From: Felis catus
Taxonomy: Eukaryota
Assembly (NCBI RefSeq): GCF_018350175.1
Contig: NC_058368.1
Location: forward strand, 28,336,001 to 28,400,000
Direction: 5' to 3'
DNA: 64,000 nucleotides
In this document: positions 1 to 12,832 of the stretch, piece by piece
How the letters are laid out: the number at the start of each line of letters is the position of its first letter
Position numbering within the stretch: position 1 is the stretch's first letter
The notes under the pieces: model-generated
What the model saw: the letters and a program-made list of their open reading frames with translations, nothing else
What the model was told of the DNA's origin: nothing
Database searches by the model: none
Position numbers and translations under genes: made by a program

Positions 1-2429
1 GACAGGTACTTTCCATTTCTTAAGATTCCAGCCAATGCTGGAAAAAAATCCGTCCTTTCTTACTCCTATGTTGACATCAACTAAAACATTTATTTGAAAG
101 GGTAAAACAATTCTACAACAAAGGAGTAACACTGATCGTCTACTGAGAGCACAGATGTAAAACTCTACTTTGAGGCACTGAATTCAGATCCTTTATAAAT
201 GCCATAATTTGTGTCAAAATACAATACACAGGTAAAGAAAGAGAAACCAAACTATAAAGCTATAATAACCACCAAAATAGAAGTGAAACACAAAAATACA
301 ATCTCAAATAAGTAAACCTATTAAATGGACTTTAAGAAAGCTGCTTGAACTGAGAGAAGGAAGCAGCAAGCCCTTGTATCACACGTATTACATCATAAGT
401 AACGTTCTAAGCTCTTCTGCTATACAAACTCCTGGAATCCTCACACCCACCCTATGAGGTGGGAACTACGTGAGAGATGTGAGGCGAAGAGAGATCCAGA
501 GTATGACAGTGGGGAGGTGGCTGAACCAGGATGTGAACACAGGAAGTCCGGCTCCATGCTCTGTGTAATCACTTCATTCTTTAGGCAGAATGGGGGAAAA
601 AATGTCATATGCAGCCACTTAATATCCCAAGCGCCAGACTGGGGAATTTTCTGGCACACTCCTTTATAAATAAAATACTGCTCTCAAGTTTCTTTTAACG
701 AAAAGTACGTTTTCAACATAAGGAAGGATGAATCGCTGTTGATGATAAAACTAATGACCTGTGGACCCATACCAAGTGTTTACCCACTCCTGCTTAACGA
801 TGGCTGAGCAAAAAGCCGAGCTGAGACAAGGGCCCTCCCACACAAGCGATGCAGGGTGGGCACGCTGGAAGACATCACGCCAGTTTGTACCAGCAATGGA
901 AATTTGGTGGTGGATGGCCCTGATTCTTCTTGAGAGCACTGGAGGGCATTCTAGACTACCACTGATCATTTTTAGGATGTGTTGGTTCCTAATTTTTTCA
1001 TTTAAAAAAACGGATCCGTGTCACGCTTTAAGATAAACGTACTGCCTTTTTCCTCCTCTCCCCCCACTGACTCTCAATCAAAAACGGGTCTAGTGCACTA
1101 TGATACCAGGCGTGGCCTCAGGGCCATTCAGTGAATCCTGCAGAGGTCATGGGGTCGGAAGCTAAGTCACCTCAAGACTTCTCTGTATTACTGGCTTTCT
1201 CAGCTCAGAGCTCCTGGCCCTTTGGAGAGGTTACTAAACTCCAGCGAAAAGGGAAGGAGCTGACCTACTGCAACTATAAACAACAATGAAAAGTAGGATT
1301 TCCATAATTTTGAATCTTTCTATAAATTCGTTTCAATCCATCTCCTAATTTACCAATTCCTAATTTAACAAAATTGAAAGTTGGCCACAATTTTCTACAT
1401 GATGAGAAGACTGGGATCTCAAAGGTGAGTGATGGCATGGCATATATCCACATGTAATTCTTCTGATTTCTATCTACTCACAAAAGAAACCCTAAAGAGC
1501 TTGCTAGTGCCAAAAGTAAACTTTGAAAATGAATTTCATTATTTATATTCACCTGTATCTTCTTTTCTCTTATTCATTCCTCAGTAAAGTCAGTTAAGTA
1601 ATGACTAGTTCATTAGAGAAAATACTCACCACACGCATTTACACCATGTACTGCCTTTGGAATAACTTTGTTCACAGGCATGACTTGGGAAAAAGGATAC
1701 AATTTTTCTAGACAAAGTCAACACTCTTTAAGTCAACAAAAATAAAGCAAATTATTACCCAGCCTATCTGTGACTCTAAAAGTATTGTCCTACTCCTACT
1801 TCATATCTGATGACAAAAACTTACTTCTAGAAGCCTGATATGAAGAATGTCTATTTAGCAGAAGCATTGGCACTAAAAAATAATCACCTCAGTTTGGAGG
1901 ATTTTATCTCAAAAACCAGTACATGACCTCCCTAAATAAGGAAGGCATAATTGGTGACAAAACTGATTGGAAACTCAGGTGTTATGAAAGTACATTTTAA
2001 GAAATTCATTTGGGAAATTTTCTCAGTTTGTCTACTTGCAAAGAAAGGATGAAAAAAATCACTAGTTCAGAAACAGTATCTCAAACAGTATGAATATTTT
2101 TAGGTGTCACTAGAGATTGTTGGTATTTTCATAATTAAAAAAAATAAAGATTTTTGGAAAATAAATCAATAGCCATCTAATCACAATGAAAATTCAGCTT
2201 CGGCACGGAAAGTTTCCATGTTCGCTCAGATATTCTAATATATTTGAATTAAGCATTATAAATGATGGTCCAGAACTCTGTGACCAATGGTGTCCAGTAT
2301 TTACATATTTAGAACTATATTCATCAAAGAAAGAATTGAGTATTTTCTTCAAATATGTATATGTGTGAGTTTAGGAATAGAATTGAGAGAGGGAAGAATT
2401 TATTTTAAAATATCTTTTAATTTTTATTT

Positions 2430-2651
2430 TTATTTTATTATTTTTTTTTCAATGTTTATTTATTTTTGGGACAGAGAGAGACAGAGCATGAACGGGGGAG
2501 GGGCAGAGAGAGAGGGAGACACAGAATCGGAAACAGGCTCCAGGCTCCGAGCCATCAGCCCAGAGCCTGACGCGGGGCTCGAACTCACGGACCGCGAGAT
2601 CGTGACCTGGCTGAAGTCGGATGCTTAACCGACTGCGCCACCCAGGCGCCC
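2430..2651 (-). mobile_element. Can-SINE, young SINEC_Fc type
   Basis: GGGCGCCTGGGTGGCGCAGTC head, (CT)n, A tail; 17-bp TSD TCTTTTAATTTTTATTT at 2413-2429 and 2652-2668. Confidence 0.95.
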
Positions 2652-3099
2652 TCTTTTAATTTTTATTTATTGATTTATGAAAGATCAACATTAAAACACT
2701 AATTCTAGAAGCTACTAGTTTGGGAGGAAAAAACTAGGGCATATGCCATAATTATAATAAATTATATCTTATAATGTAAGGGTTTTGTGTTTTTAAAAAG
2801 ATAATTATACAGAGAGATTATCATAAATTTCCCTCTCCAATAATTAAATAATTCTTTTAAAGCATGTCAGCCTTTACACCAATGGGCAGGCACTTCATTA
2901 GTTTAGCAATCAAATAGTACAAATTGTTTAACAAAGGACCTGACATTGGATACATTAGTACAAGAATATCCTGATTTGTAATGTAAATACCCCGATTTAT
3001 AATAAAACTGGAGACTGACAAAAATGGACAGGTTAAAGACTCTTCTAGAACCTTATACAAAAAACACGCAAACACTTTGAAAAACAAATTGTCAATTAC

Positions 3100-3146
3100 C
3101 TTCTACATCATCCTCATGATCTTCATCTTTATCATCTGGCCCATCA
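3100..3146 (-). CDS. AKAP11: AKAP11 exon 11, DGPDDKDEDHEDDVE
   Basis: 47 nt, AAAG| ... GAAG|GTAATT; phase 2-1; the next exon is not found in the window. Confidence 0.93.
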
Positions 3147-3931
3147 CTTTTCAAATAAAAAGAGCAGAAGCAGTTAAAAAAAATGGCTTTAGTTAATAAT
3201 AGTATTAAAACTAATTCTTAAAACGTGGTAAAGAATGAATGTTACGATGATATGTGACACTTATAAAGGGAAGAAATGCCAATAAAAAAGGAAGCTTTGC
3301 TTCTCACACCATTTCATGTTAAAATCTGAATTGTAAATGATGCCTAGATAGGTCATCGATAACTAAGAGGCTTTACCTTACCGTGATACAGAACACCAAG
3401 TAATTTCATGATAAAACTTATTTTAAAATAACTTAAAGCTGAAATATTCTACTAATTTGGTTTTAGATAACACAGCATTTGAATTATCACAGAATGCCAT
3501 GAATAATTATTAATGCTTCTGCTGATCCCATGTACATATTTTTAACAGGGTAAAAAACACCTTTTTCCTACAACTTTTCTTATATATGAAATAAAATTAC
3601 ATACAAAAACAAAATAAAATAATAAACCCAAACCCCAGAAATCCTGTAGGAAGCAAGCTCTTTTTAATGAAATAATAATTGGTAGAATGAAAAAGAACAA
3701 GCAGAGCAACACATGCACAGACGTAACACATTTTGCAATTAGATGTCAGTCATGTCTTAGCATAATTGAATTTTTTCATTAGATGTAAATTATCAAGCAG
3801 AATCACGTCCAAATATAGGAGAAAAGCAGATTGAAACATACTGGCACTGTAACCCACATTCTTTTAAGAATATGACATCATGCATTAGTGTGAAAGACTC
3901 ATCAGTTTTTAAGTTTCTGGACTGGACCAAC

Positions 3932-4015
3932 CTGTCTGTTGTTGGAAAGGATAAATTGTCCTCATACAAATCTCCTTCTAAACCAAGACTGCTCCAGCTA
4001 CTGCTGTTACCATTA
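3932..4015 (-). CDS. AKAP11: AKAP11 exon 10, NGNSSSWSSLGLEGDLYEDNLSFPTTD
   Basis: 84 nt, GGCAG| ... CAG|GTTGGT; phase 2-2. Confidence 0.94.
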
Positions 4016-5616
4016 CTGCCAGAAGAAGAAAAGAACAGAGCTGAACCAGAAAATGAATAGTAAAGAAGACCTTGGTTTTCCTTGGAACAGCTTCTGTCAG
4101 TGGTAACTGGGAGGTTCGGAAGCTGCCCCGGCGGAGTGGGGCATCCTTGGAGGGAGAGACCATCACTGCTACTGGAAAAGGTACTTGACAGCTTCAGACA
4201 TTGAAAGTTTTCTTACTTGCCCTCAACAGATCAGGAAAATTATTCTAAACCTGTATTTATTTTACACATGAACATAACAGAAAGACTTTTAGGACAGCAA
4301 ATGGATGCACAAAGTAAGAAGCTTCATGATTTAATTAACGTCTATGACAAATCTTGGGATATAATTTGTAAAAAGCCAATACCCTTCAGTTTGGGTAACA
4401 TTTTAAAAAGACCGTAGGTTAACATTCTCTCAGCTCTTTAGACAGCGCAAACACTGATGGGCTGGGGAGGTGGGGATGAAATGACAGGCACAAAAACATA
4501 GCCCCGAACAGACCTTTTGTACCTACTTGGAGAAAAGATGTTTTCTGATTTTAAAATACTCTTATTATGTCAATGACCTTCATTTCATACATTATGTATA
4601 ATTCAGTAGGTGGCAAATATTATACACTTTCTTCAGAATATTGAATAACCAAGGCTCAATTAAGCAATGCACCTGTCTGGTGGGCCAGTCACCAGTGCCA
4701 CACAGAGAACTTCTTGAACTACCTAACTAGAAGAAGAAAGCAACTAGATTCTCAAACTGCAGCAAAGCAATAAAACACAAAAAGCAACTGTGTTCAGAAA
4801 CAAAATTAAATGAAAAATTTCAGATTAAAACCTAAACATGCAATTTAAAATTCTAAGTCATTAAAATAATTAGTAAGCACATTAGTTCGCAGTGATAAGC
4901 AGCTTATATTTCCCCACATTATGCTAGGCAATTATAAAAATTAATATTTATACAAACCAAAATTTTGGTTCTAAAAAGTGAATTAACACAAAATCATCCT
5001 CTGTGCATCAGTAGACGTTGACAAGGTTACCAACAAAGGGACAATTATTTAAACGTTATAAAGAGTTTCCAAGCAATTTCAACAATTTGCATATCCATCT
5101 TTACTCTGGCACTATCACACTGTCACACACTATAATGTCTTCGAAAATAAAAGCTAAAACTGAGCAGTGCCTTTTCAACCTACGTTCAAAAAAGTATAGC
5201 TCTATCACAAAACCATTAAAACAACCAGAGTTATGCCTCTGTAGCCTGCTGTCAAACAAATCGAGAATGGAAAAACATGGAGATACCGAAGGGACAGACG
5301 GCTGTGAGCCGAAGAGAAAGAAAAAATTATCTCAAACACTGCATTTACATCTACCAATAGAACGATTTTTCTAAACAAAGAAAAATACTACAAAATTAAA
5401 ATTCTTCCTCATTCCCTGACAACAATGACCCCTCCTTTTAATTAATAATAAAAACCCATCACCTAGATTTTAAGTGAACATGAAAAGAAATAACAGCTGA
5501 AGAATGTAAAGACCAAAAATTCAAACTCCCTCTATTTAACCTCATTCCCTCACCTCTGCTACCCCTCAAAATAGATCAGATTTAAAGTTAGTTATTTATA
5601 AAATGCCATTTCTAAA

Positions 5617-5735
5617 TAGGGTGACCATAGAATTTTTCATCTAACCAGGACACTTTTGGAAATGAAAGAAGTCACCATTAATAACTATACCAGAACAGCA
5701 GGAGCAAACCAGGACTGTCCTGAGCAATGATCATC
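5617..5735. mobile_element. MER96B-like hAT fragment
   Basis: Begins TAGGGTGACCAT, with CCAGGACAC and CCAGGACTGTCC motifs. Confidence 0.55.
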
Positions 5736-6324
5736 TGACATTAATCCAACACAAAACAACTTAATTTCTTCACTTAACAGTCTTGATATTTCATTCTTGA
5801 ACACTGTCCTGTTTCCATCATTTTCTTTTATATCTTTTCCTATTTCCTATCTATTCCTATTTGTGTATTTTCCTTTTACATCTTTTCATATTTCCAATGT
5901 CTAGAACAGGCATACCTCCAACCAGTGGGAGTCTAAGGCTTAAATTCTTTATTGTTGTTTTCAGCCACATGAAGATGACTATCGACTTTGACATATCTCA
6001 TAAAGATGATCTCAAAACTTCTGCAAGCCCGGCCCCACCTCTTACCTAATCCACTATATAACTACTAAGATTCACAGACTGCTTGAAGTACTTGAAGAGA
6101 TGCATGTACCAGGTCTCTTCCTGATCAAATAACTATACATTCCTCATAAACACTTGTGTACTTTGAAATTATTGTTTTTTTTTTTTAACTGTTGCCCTCT
6201 ACTAAACTTCCTATTTAGAGTGAAAGCACGTAGAGTGTCCAAACTGGAGTCTTTTATCTCCTATCTGATTTCTGTACCAGAAAACAGCACATGTCATCAA
6301 AGACAAAACATGTGAAGTCATGTA

Positions 6325-6466
6325 TTTTAAGCGTGGTCTCTGAAGCACCTGCATTAAAATCATCTGAGGTGCTTACCAAGCATGCAGATTCTTGGGACCT
6401 CCAATGACCTAATGAATCTTAATCTCTGGGAGGTGAGGCCCTGGAACCTGTATATTCAACATGCAC
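6325..6466. mobile_element. MER5-like hAT fragment
   Basis: ATGCAGATTCTTGGG...AATCTCTGGG...GGCCCTGGAACCTGTAT pattern. Confidence 0.6.
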
Positions 6467-6555
6467 TCTACCAACCCTGGACAGGCCCTAGTTTTTCTTT
6501 GTGCTTGAACCTTAATAACCACACAGCATAAGAGTTCTTATTAAAACTGTGCTCA

Positions 6556-6775
6556 GGGGCACCTGGGTGGCTCAGTCGGTTGGGCGGCCGACTTCGGCTC
6601 AGGTCATGATCTCGCGGTCCGTGAGTTCGAGCCCCGCGTCGGGCTCTGTGCTGACAGCTCAGAGCCTGGAGCCTGTTTCGGATTCTGTGTCTCCCTCTCT
6701 CTGCCCCTCCCCCGTTCATGCTCTGTCTCTCTCTGTCTCAAAAATAAATAAACGTTAAAAAAAAAACAAAACAAA
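6556..6775 (+). mobile_element. Can-SINE (SINEC_Fc2-like)
   Basis: Full head to tail; TSD AAAACTGTGCTCA at 6543-6555 and 6776-6788. Confidence 0.95.
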
Positions 6776-7000
6776 AAAACTGTGCTCAATTAAAACTACA
6801 GGTGTGTTTCTGACAAAATGCTATCAAGCCAAGTTTTTCCCATCCCAAATTCAAACAGTTAATTTTCTGAGCCAAATGTATTTACCCATGTTAAACATAA
6901 TCATTTTAGTCTCAGCCTGATTTGGTCTTTTTGAAACTTGGTTCTGTTAACGAGATTTTTTTTTAAATTTTCATTTTAAGTCATTCACACATAATGAGCA

Positions 7001-7485
7001 CAGTAGTCCCTTCTTATCTGTGGAGGGACTGCATTCCAAGACCCCCAGTGGGTGCCTGAAACCACAGATAGTACTGAACCCCATATATACTATGGTTTTT
7101 TTCTTTACATATATACCTACGATGAAGCTTAATTTATAAATTAGGCACACTAAGAGACTAACAAAATCTAACAATAAACTAGAATAATTATAACAATATA
7201 TGGTAATAAAAGTTATGTGAATGTGGTCCCTGTCTCTCAAGACATCTTACTGTATGTACTCACTATTCTTGTGATGAGGTGAAAAGATAAATTGCCTACG
7301 TGTTGAGATGAAGTGCAGCCAATGATGCAGGCACAGTAACATAGTAACATAATGTTAGGCTACAATGACCTTCTGACAACATGTCAGAAGGAGGGCCATC
7401 TTCTTCTGGACCTTGACTGACTGCGGGTAACTGAAACCACGGAAAAGCAAAACCACAGATAAGGAAGTGGGGAAGGACTCCTTAC
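7001..7485 (+). mobile_element. MER44/Tigger7-like DNA transposon
   Basis: CAGTAGTCCC...TTATC terminus and a degenerate inverted GATAAGG...GGACT end. Confidence 0.75.
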
Positions 7486-7792
7486 TCTCCAGCACTAATA
7501 AAATGCCAAAGAGGACAGAACCAAGGACAGAGCCATCAAATCGGACAATATCCCGCAGGGTTCTTCTACTGGCGACAGGCCCCTTAATGCCACGGGCCAC
7601 TAACCCTGGTTCTCTCATTTTAACCCCAGGATTTCCAAAGCAACAACATCAACCCTCACGGAAATTCTAGAAACCCGCATTTCTCCAAGATGAGAGAAGA
7701 ATTTTAGTGTTAACTTCCTATACCAGGTTAGAGTTATGGAAAAGGCCACATGATGTTTGTGATATTACCCCTACGTCCCACTACCACTTTTA

Positions 7793-8010
7793 TTTATTTT
7801 TTTTTTTCAACGTTTATTTATTTTTGGGACAGAGAGAGACAGAGCATGAATGGGGGAGGGGCAGAGAGAGAGGGAGACACAGAATCGGAAACAGGCTCCA
7901 GGCTCTGAGCCATCAGCCCAGAGCCCGACGCGGGGCTCGAACTCACGGACCGCGAGATCGTGACCTGGCTGAAGTCGGACGCTTAACCGCCTGCGCCACC
8001 CAGGCGCCCC
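7793..8010 (-). mobile_element. Can-SINE, young SINEC_Fc type
   Basis: TSD CCACTACCACTTTTA at 7778-7792 and 8013-8027. Confidence 0.95.
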
Positions 8011-9048
8011 TACCACTACCACTTTTAAAGACTGCCTTTTGGGAACTCGATTTTAAGATGTATTGGTGGTTTACACAGCATTTTAAGAAACTATGACAGA
8101 ACAGATGTTCTACAAAAATATTAATACTGGTTAATGCAAGCATCAAACAAAATGCTCTGAGATGATGTGTTCTAACAGGTGAAAAGCCATTTCTTTTCCT
8201 TCCTCCCCTCCTTCCATGGTCTTCTCGCCTCCCCCTCCTGCTCAGTCACTTCCAAGGGTTCTGTTCAACTGAAGCCTCACAGGGTCCCTTCCACAGCCTG
8301 AAACTAAGAACCCTTTCCTCTCCCTACACTCAGCTGTGGAGGGCATTTATTATTTCCAATTATCAATTAATGTGGGTCAGAATTTATGGCATTTTATAGT
8401 TTAGTCAGGAGTGCCTTTATAGAGTTAAGAATATAAGAAAAAAATGTACTGCAATTAATAAAATATTCAAAGGACTGTTATTATGAACAAAATTAACTAA
8501 GAAAAGTTATATATGAGGTTAAGTGCCTTCTGCTGTACAAAACCATATTTTTATGATGAGTTTATGTATTATTTCCAGTCAGTCACATATAAATGCTCTA
8601 GGTCATTTTGTTCCTCAATAGAGGCTAAGTGAGAACTCCTTCTCCAGGAAGATATTACTTTAACTAATAACAAGAAAATTACAGGGCCATTTTGATACCT
8701 TTTACAGATAACTGTCCTTTACCCCAGACTAGAAAGAAAAAAAAAAGTACCCTTTTTAAAGTAAGAAATACATTTTTTTCCATCAAAAGTTCACAAAAGT
8801 CTGGGAAAATCCTCAGGGTATAAATCCAAATGTATGCAGTATTGTTCATATCAACTACTGGCACACCCAAAGAAAATTAGCTTGGCTTGTTACTGTATCT
8901 AATAAATGTGCAAAACCATTAGAACCGTACTATGGATAATAAAATACGTTTTGAAAACAATGGCAGAATTTTCAAATTCATAATTCCCAAACCCCCCGGT
9001 GTAAAGCTACTTCTGAGGTCTGAGGATCACACGTACAGCTTCAGTTAC

Positions 9049-9204
9049 CTTTCACTTAGGTGATGAAAACTGCTGCTCTCATCCTGGTGTTCATCTTCAA
9101 AACTTAAATTGGACCAGCTGCCAGTGCTGTCATCACCAATACTGAGGTTCAGCTGCTGGCTGCCCAGAGACTCAGTTGACTGAAAGTCTTCTATTTCTTT
9201 TGGA
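9049..9204 (-). CDS. AKAP11: AKAP11 exon 9, PKEIEDFQSTESLGSQQLNLSIGDDSTGSWSNLSFEDEHQDESSSFHHLSE
   Basis: 156 nt, long pyrimidine tract TTCTAG| ... AAG|GTAACT; phase 2-2. Confidence 0.96.
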
Positions 9205-9829
9205 CTAGAAGGAAGGAAGGGAGAGAGGGAGGGGAAAAAGAAAACCAATCCGAAAGCATCAGATTCTGAATTCTAAGGCTATCAATTTGACGATAAAGAG
9301 GACAAAAACAAGACACAATATTCAGAGCCACACCAGTGGCCCATCCAACACTTTGTGTCTGCTAATGAAGAGACTTTGAAGAAGAGCATACTAATTTCAA
9401 AGTGAACTGAGCTCTATCTGTTATGGATCCACCCCAAGTGCTACATTTATCTAAATTGTCTTTAAAGCAGTTCATATTTTAAATGGGACCTCTATAGAGG
9501 AGCACAAGTTCCTAAGTTTACCACCTACTTTTAAGGCTGTACTTTTATTTGTACTGACAGGAAGCTCTTTCTGGCTTTAAGAACAAAAAAGCAGTTTGAG
9601 GAATTCAGCTACTGTCAATCAAGCCTACAGTCAAACCAGCCAGATCTCTTTAAAATTTTGAGCACGGATCATAACCCTTCTCATTATTTTTTTCAATGAA
9701 GAAGAGACATTTACATTTTTATTCCATCTTCACAAGAAAGGCCATTCACTATTCAATTACTCTAACTGCCCACTCTATATTTTGTTCTCAACAGTTTAAA
9801 AATTCTATTTTTAAAGATGATGAGGAAAA

Positions 9830-10335
9830 ATATTAGTCTTTTGATCAAAACCTTCTGGTGGCCTCTCACCGATCAGAGTCCAGATCCTTATACTTGCTGG
9901 TATGATTCCCTCTCATCATTCCCTCCATCTTGTTTCACCTCTTACTCTCCCCAGCTCACCAACGTCAGCCATGCAGCCTCTGTGCTATTTCCCCAACATG
10001 CACAATCCTACCCCTTTGTCTGGTACCCTCTGGTACCAATTCCACATGACTTCTTCTCTCTTCACCCTGGGCTCTTTGCTCAAATGTTACTCAGTGTTGC
10101 TTCCCTAGCTACTGCCCACCATCCCCACCTGCTGCCACTGACCACCACCATCCATCGTCACCCCACCCCACCCCACCTCTACCCACCTCTCTTCTTTTAG
10201 TTTTCCTCCAAAGCCCTTATCACTCTGTGACATATTTCGTATTTTACTTCTTTGTCTTATTCCATTGGAACATAAGCTCCAGAGAACATGTATCTTTGAC
10301 CGTCTTACTTATTTCTGTATTCCCAGTGCCTGGGA
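9830..10335. mobile_element. L2 3' fragment
   Basis: Pyrimidine-rich, ending TAAGCTCC...CTGTATTCCCAGTGCCTGG as in L2 3' ends. Confidence 0.55.
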
Positions 10336-11332
10336 TAGATCCTGAACTGCCCACCCCCTTGGGGGCTATCCTCATTTTATATTTAAGATACAGCAACCAG
10401 AATTTTAGTGCACAGGCACATTACAGTTCCGAGCCATAATGGAGCACTCCTTTGTTCTTTTTTTTTAACACTTCTCTGGAATGTGCCACAATCTAATGGT
10501 TTTTGGCTGAAATGACCCACTAGATGAGGTCCAGAGAAGAGTTTTAATGACTGCTGAGTTATTCTGGCTCATAAATAACAGCTCAGAATACAGTTTAGAT
10601 GTTTGCTCTTCTAAAAATGCACTACCATATAATTCCCCATTTAATACTCACATACCACCCTTCTGTACATTATAGCTCTGTGAAATATTTATGGTTATTT
10701 TCATGAATCAAACATTTGCAAGAAAGGGGACACTAGTGAAAGAATCCAAACGATACCTTTAAAAACAATCCATCTGAATGAATCCCCCTTAAAGCTTCAA
10801 AGGCAAACCATTTTAACATCAGAAACAGAAACTGGGAAACAGCACACTATACACACTAGAGTCAACTTTTAACGATCAGCACTTATAGAACCCTAGCCCA
10901 GTTATTAAGAAAAGAAGACAAAAGGGAAAAGAAAGACAAAGCAATATTCCACTGGCCTTGACAAAACGTTGGAATAGACAGCACCAGCTTATATGAACAA
11001 GTCCAAGGGCTGACTTACTCACCCTAGGGAGTAGGAAGGGAAAGTGAAAATACTGAGCTGTCAGTAGCATTTGCCAGGCCCTCGAGGGATGTCTTAGAGA
11101 CTCCAATCTAGAGGTGAGTCTCTTTTTCTCCCACAGGCCTGGGGAGGGGCACAGGGAGACACATTTAAAATAGTCTGAGGCTAATTTTATTTGAGGAAGG
11201 TTGCTACAGGGGTAGAAAAGCCTAGTGTACTACAACTTATTTATCCATATATTTATTAACCACTTCTTATATGTCTATCATCATATTAAGAACTGATAGG
11301 TAATCACGAACAAAGAAAGTGCAGGTCTAGGA

Positions 11333-11668
11333 CAAAAGTTTGCAAATTTTTACCGTAAAGGGCCAAAGAGCAAACACTTAGGCACTGTTGGCCACAGATC
11401 TCTATTCCAACTACTCAATTCTGCAACTAAAGCATAGAATCAGCCACAGACAATACATAAATGAATGAGCACAGCTGTGTCCCAACATAACTTTATTGAG
11501 AAACATAAAATTTGAATTTCATATAATTTTCACGTCACAAAATAGTATTCTTTTGATTTATCAACCACCGAGGAAATGTAAACACCAGTCTTAGCTCACA
11601 GATGATTACAAATAAAACAAAAAGCAGTGGCCAGATCTGGCCCGTGGGTTATAGTGTGCCAACTCCTG
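11333..11668 (+). mobile_element. MER58B-like hAT element
   Basis: GCAAATTTT...GTAAAGGGCCA start, GGCCAGATCTGGCCC...TGCCAACTCCTG end; 8-bp TSD GTCTAGGA/CTCTAGGA. Confidence 0.8.
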
Positions 11669-12079
11669 CTCTAGGAGAAAGGAGGCTGGCTGGTAGGGAC
11701 CGCCCAGAAACAGCTCAAGAGGACGCTATGGAACAACTGCAGTCCAAGGTCCTCAACAAACCATCTCCCTATTTTAAGATGGCTAAGAAGAGAGACAGAC
11801 ATTGCCACGGCTTTGACAAAAGCCACTAAAAAATCTGAGAAAATCCTGTGACTCCATTAAATCCCACCCCGACTCTAGGAACTTTCTCTTTTCAGTGGGA
11901 CTAACAAAATCCTACCAACTAATAACAGTGATGATCCTGATGCTTCCCAGGGAGGCAAAAAAGGTTAAAAGCGCAAATCTGAACTCAGGTGTCAGAGTCT
12001 CTGAGCACAAGACACAGCACGAGACCCTGTGAGGCTCTTAGAAATGTCCCCTTAGATAGGGGCCTATCAAGAGAAGGGA

Positions 12080-12212
12080 GGGGCGCCTGGGTGGCTCAGT
12101 GGGTTAAGCGTCGACTTCAGCTCAGGTCATGATCTCGCGGTTTGTGAGTTGGAGACCCGTGTTGGGCTCTGTGCTGACAGCTCGGAGCCTGGAGCCTGCT
12201 TCAGATACTGTC

Positions 12213-12250
<38 letters not shown>

Positions 12251-12329
12251 CCCTCCCCTGCTCACTCTCTGTCTCCCCCCAACAAAAGTAAATACAATAA
12301 ACATTAAAAAAAGAATCTTAAAAAAAAAA
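12080..12329 (+). mobile_element. Can-SINE with (CTGT)n expansion
   Basis: SINE head and A tail. Confidence 0.92.
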
Positions 12330-12832
12330 GTGATAGCAGCAGTGAAAATCTTTGGAGAGTTTTTAAAGCTTTCTTCCTCACAGCAATTGGTTAAATTATG
12401 TTCTTTATAAGAAAACTTACCTTTGTGAAGAGAAAAAAATAAAACACTATAAAAAAATTTAATCTCAGAGTAGTTGGTTATCATTTGCTTTATACATTTG
12501 CTGTATAAAACCCTCCAGCTGTTCCTTCAATCCAGCTTTACCTACTTCGTAGCTCTGTGAATGAGGCAAGGTGACCATCCTCCCTAAGCTTCTTTTTCCA
12601 GCTTGGGAGATGGTTAACACCTCCCCTCAGAGGGCTGCTGGGGAAAAAATGAGACAACACACACGAGGAGTAACGTACAGGATATGAAACAATACACAAA
12701 TGTAGTATGGAAAATTTTTTGTTAACTTAGGGGTTAAAAATAACTGTACCTTTTGGAACAGGACCTAAGACCCATATGATCAAGTTTAACGTTTCATTTT
12801 ATCCTGAGACCCAAAAGAAATCTGAGACTCAC

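Noticed and set aside
2287..2628. Recurrent short ORFs such as MNGGGAERE... and AQVMIS...
   Set aside because: Translations of Can-SINE sequence
1..3099. Remaining AKAP11 C-terminal exons
   Set aside because: No matching reading frame found; they probably lie beyond the window edge
3978..4166. 62-aa minus ORF MMVSPSKDAP...
   Set aside because: Out of frame with AKAP11; the informative frame is the exon 10 extension reported above
6556..6640. tRNA-like A/B box sequences
   Set aside because: These are SINE heads, not tRNA genes
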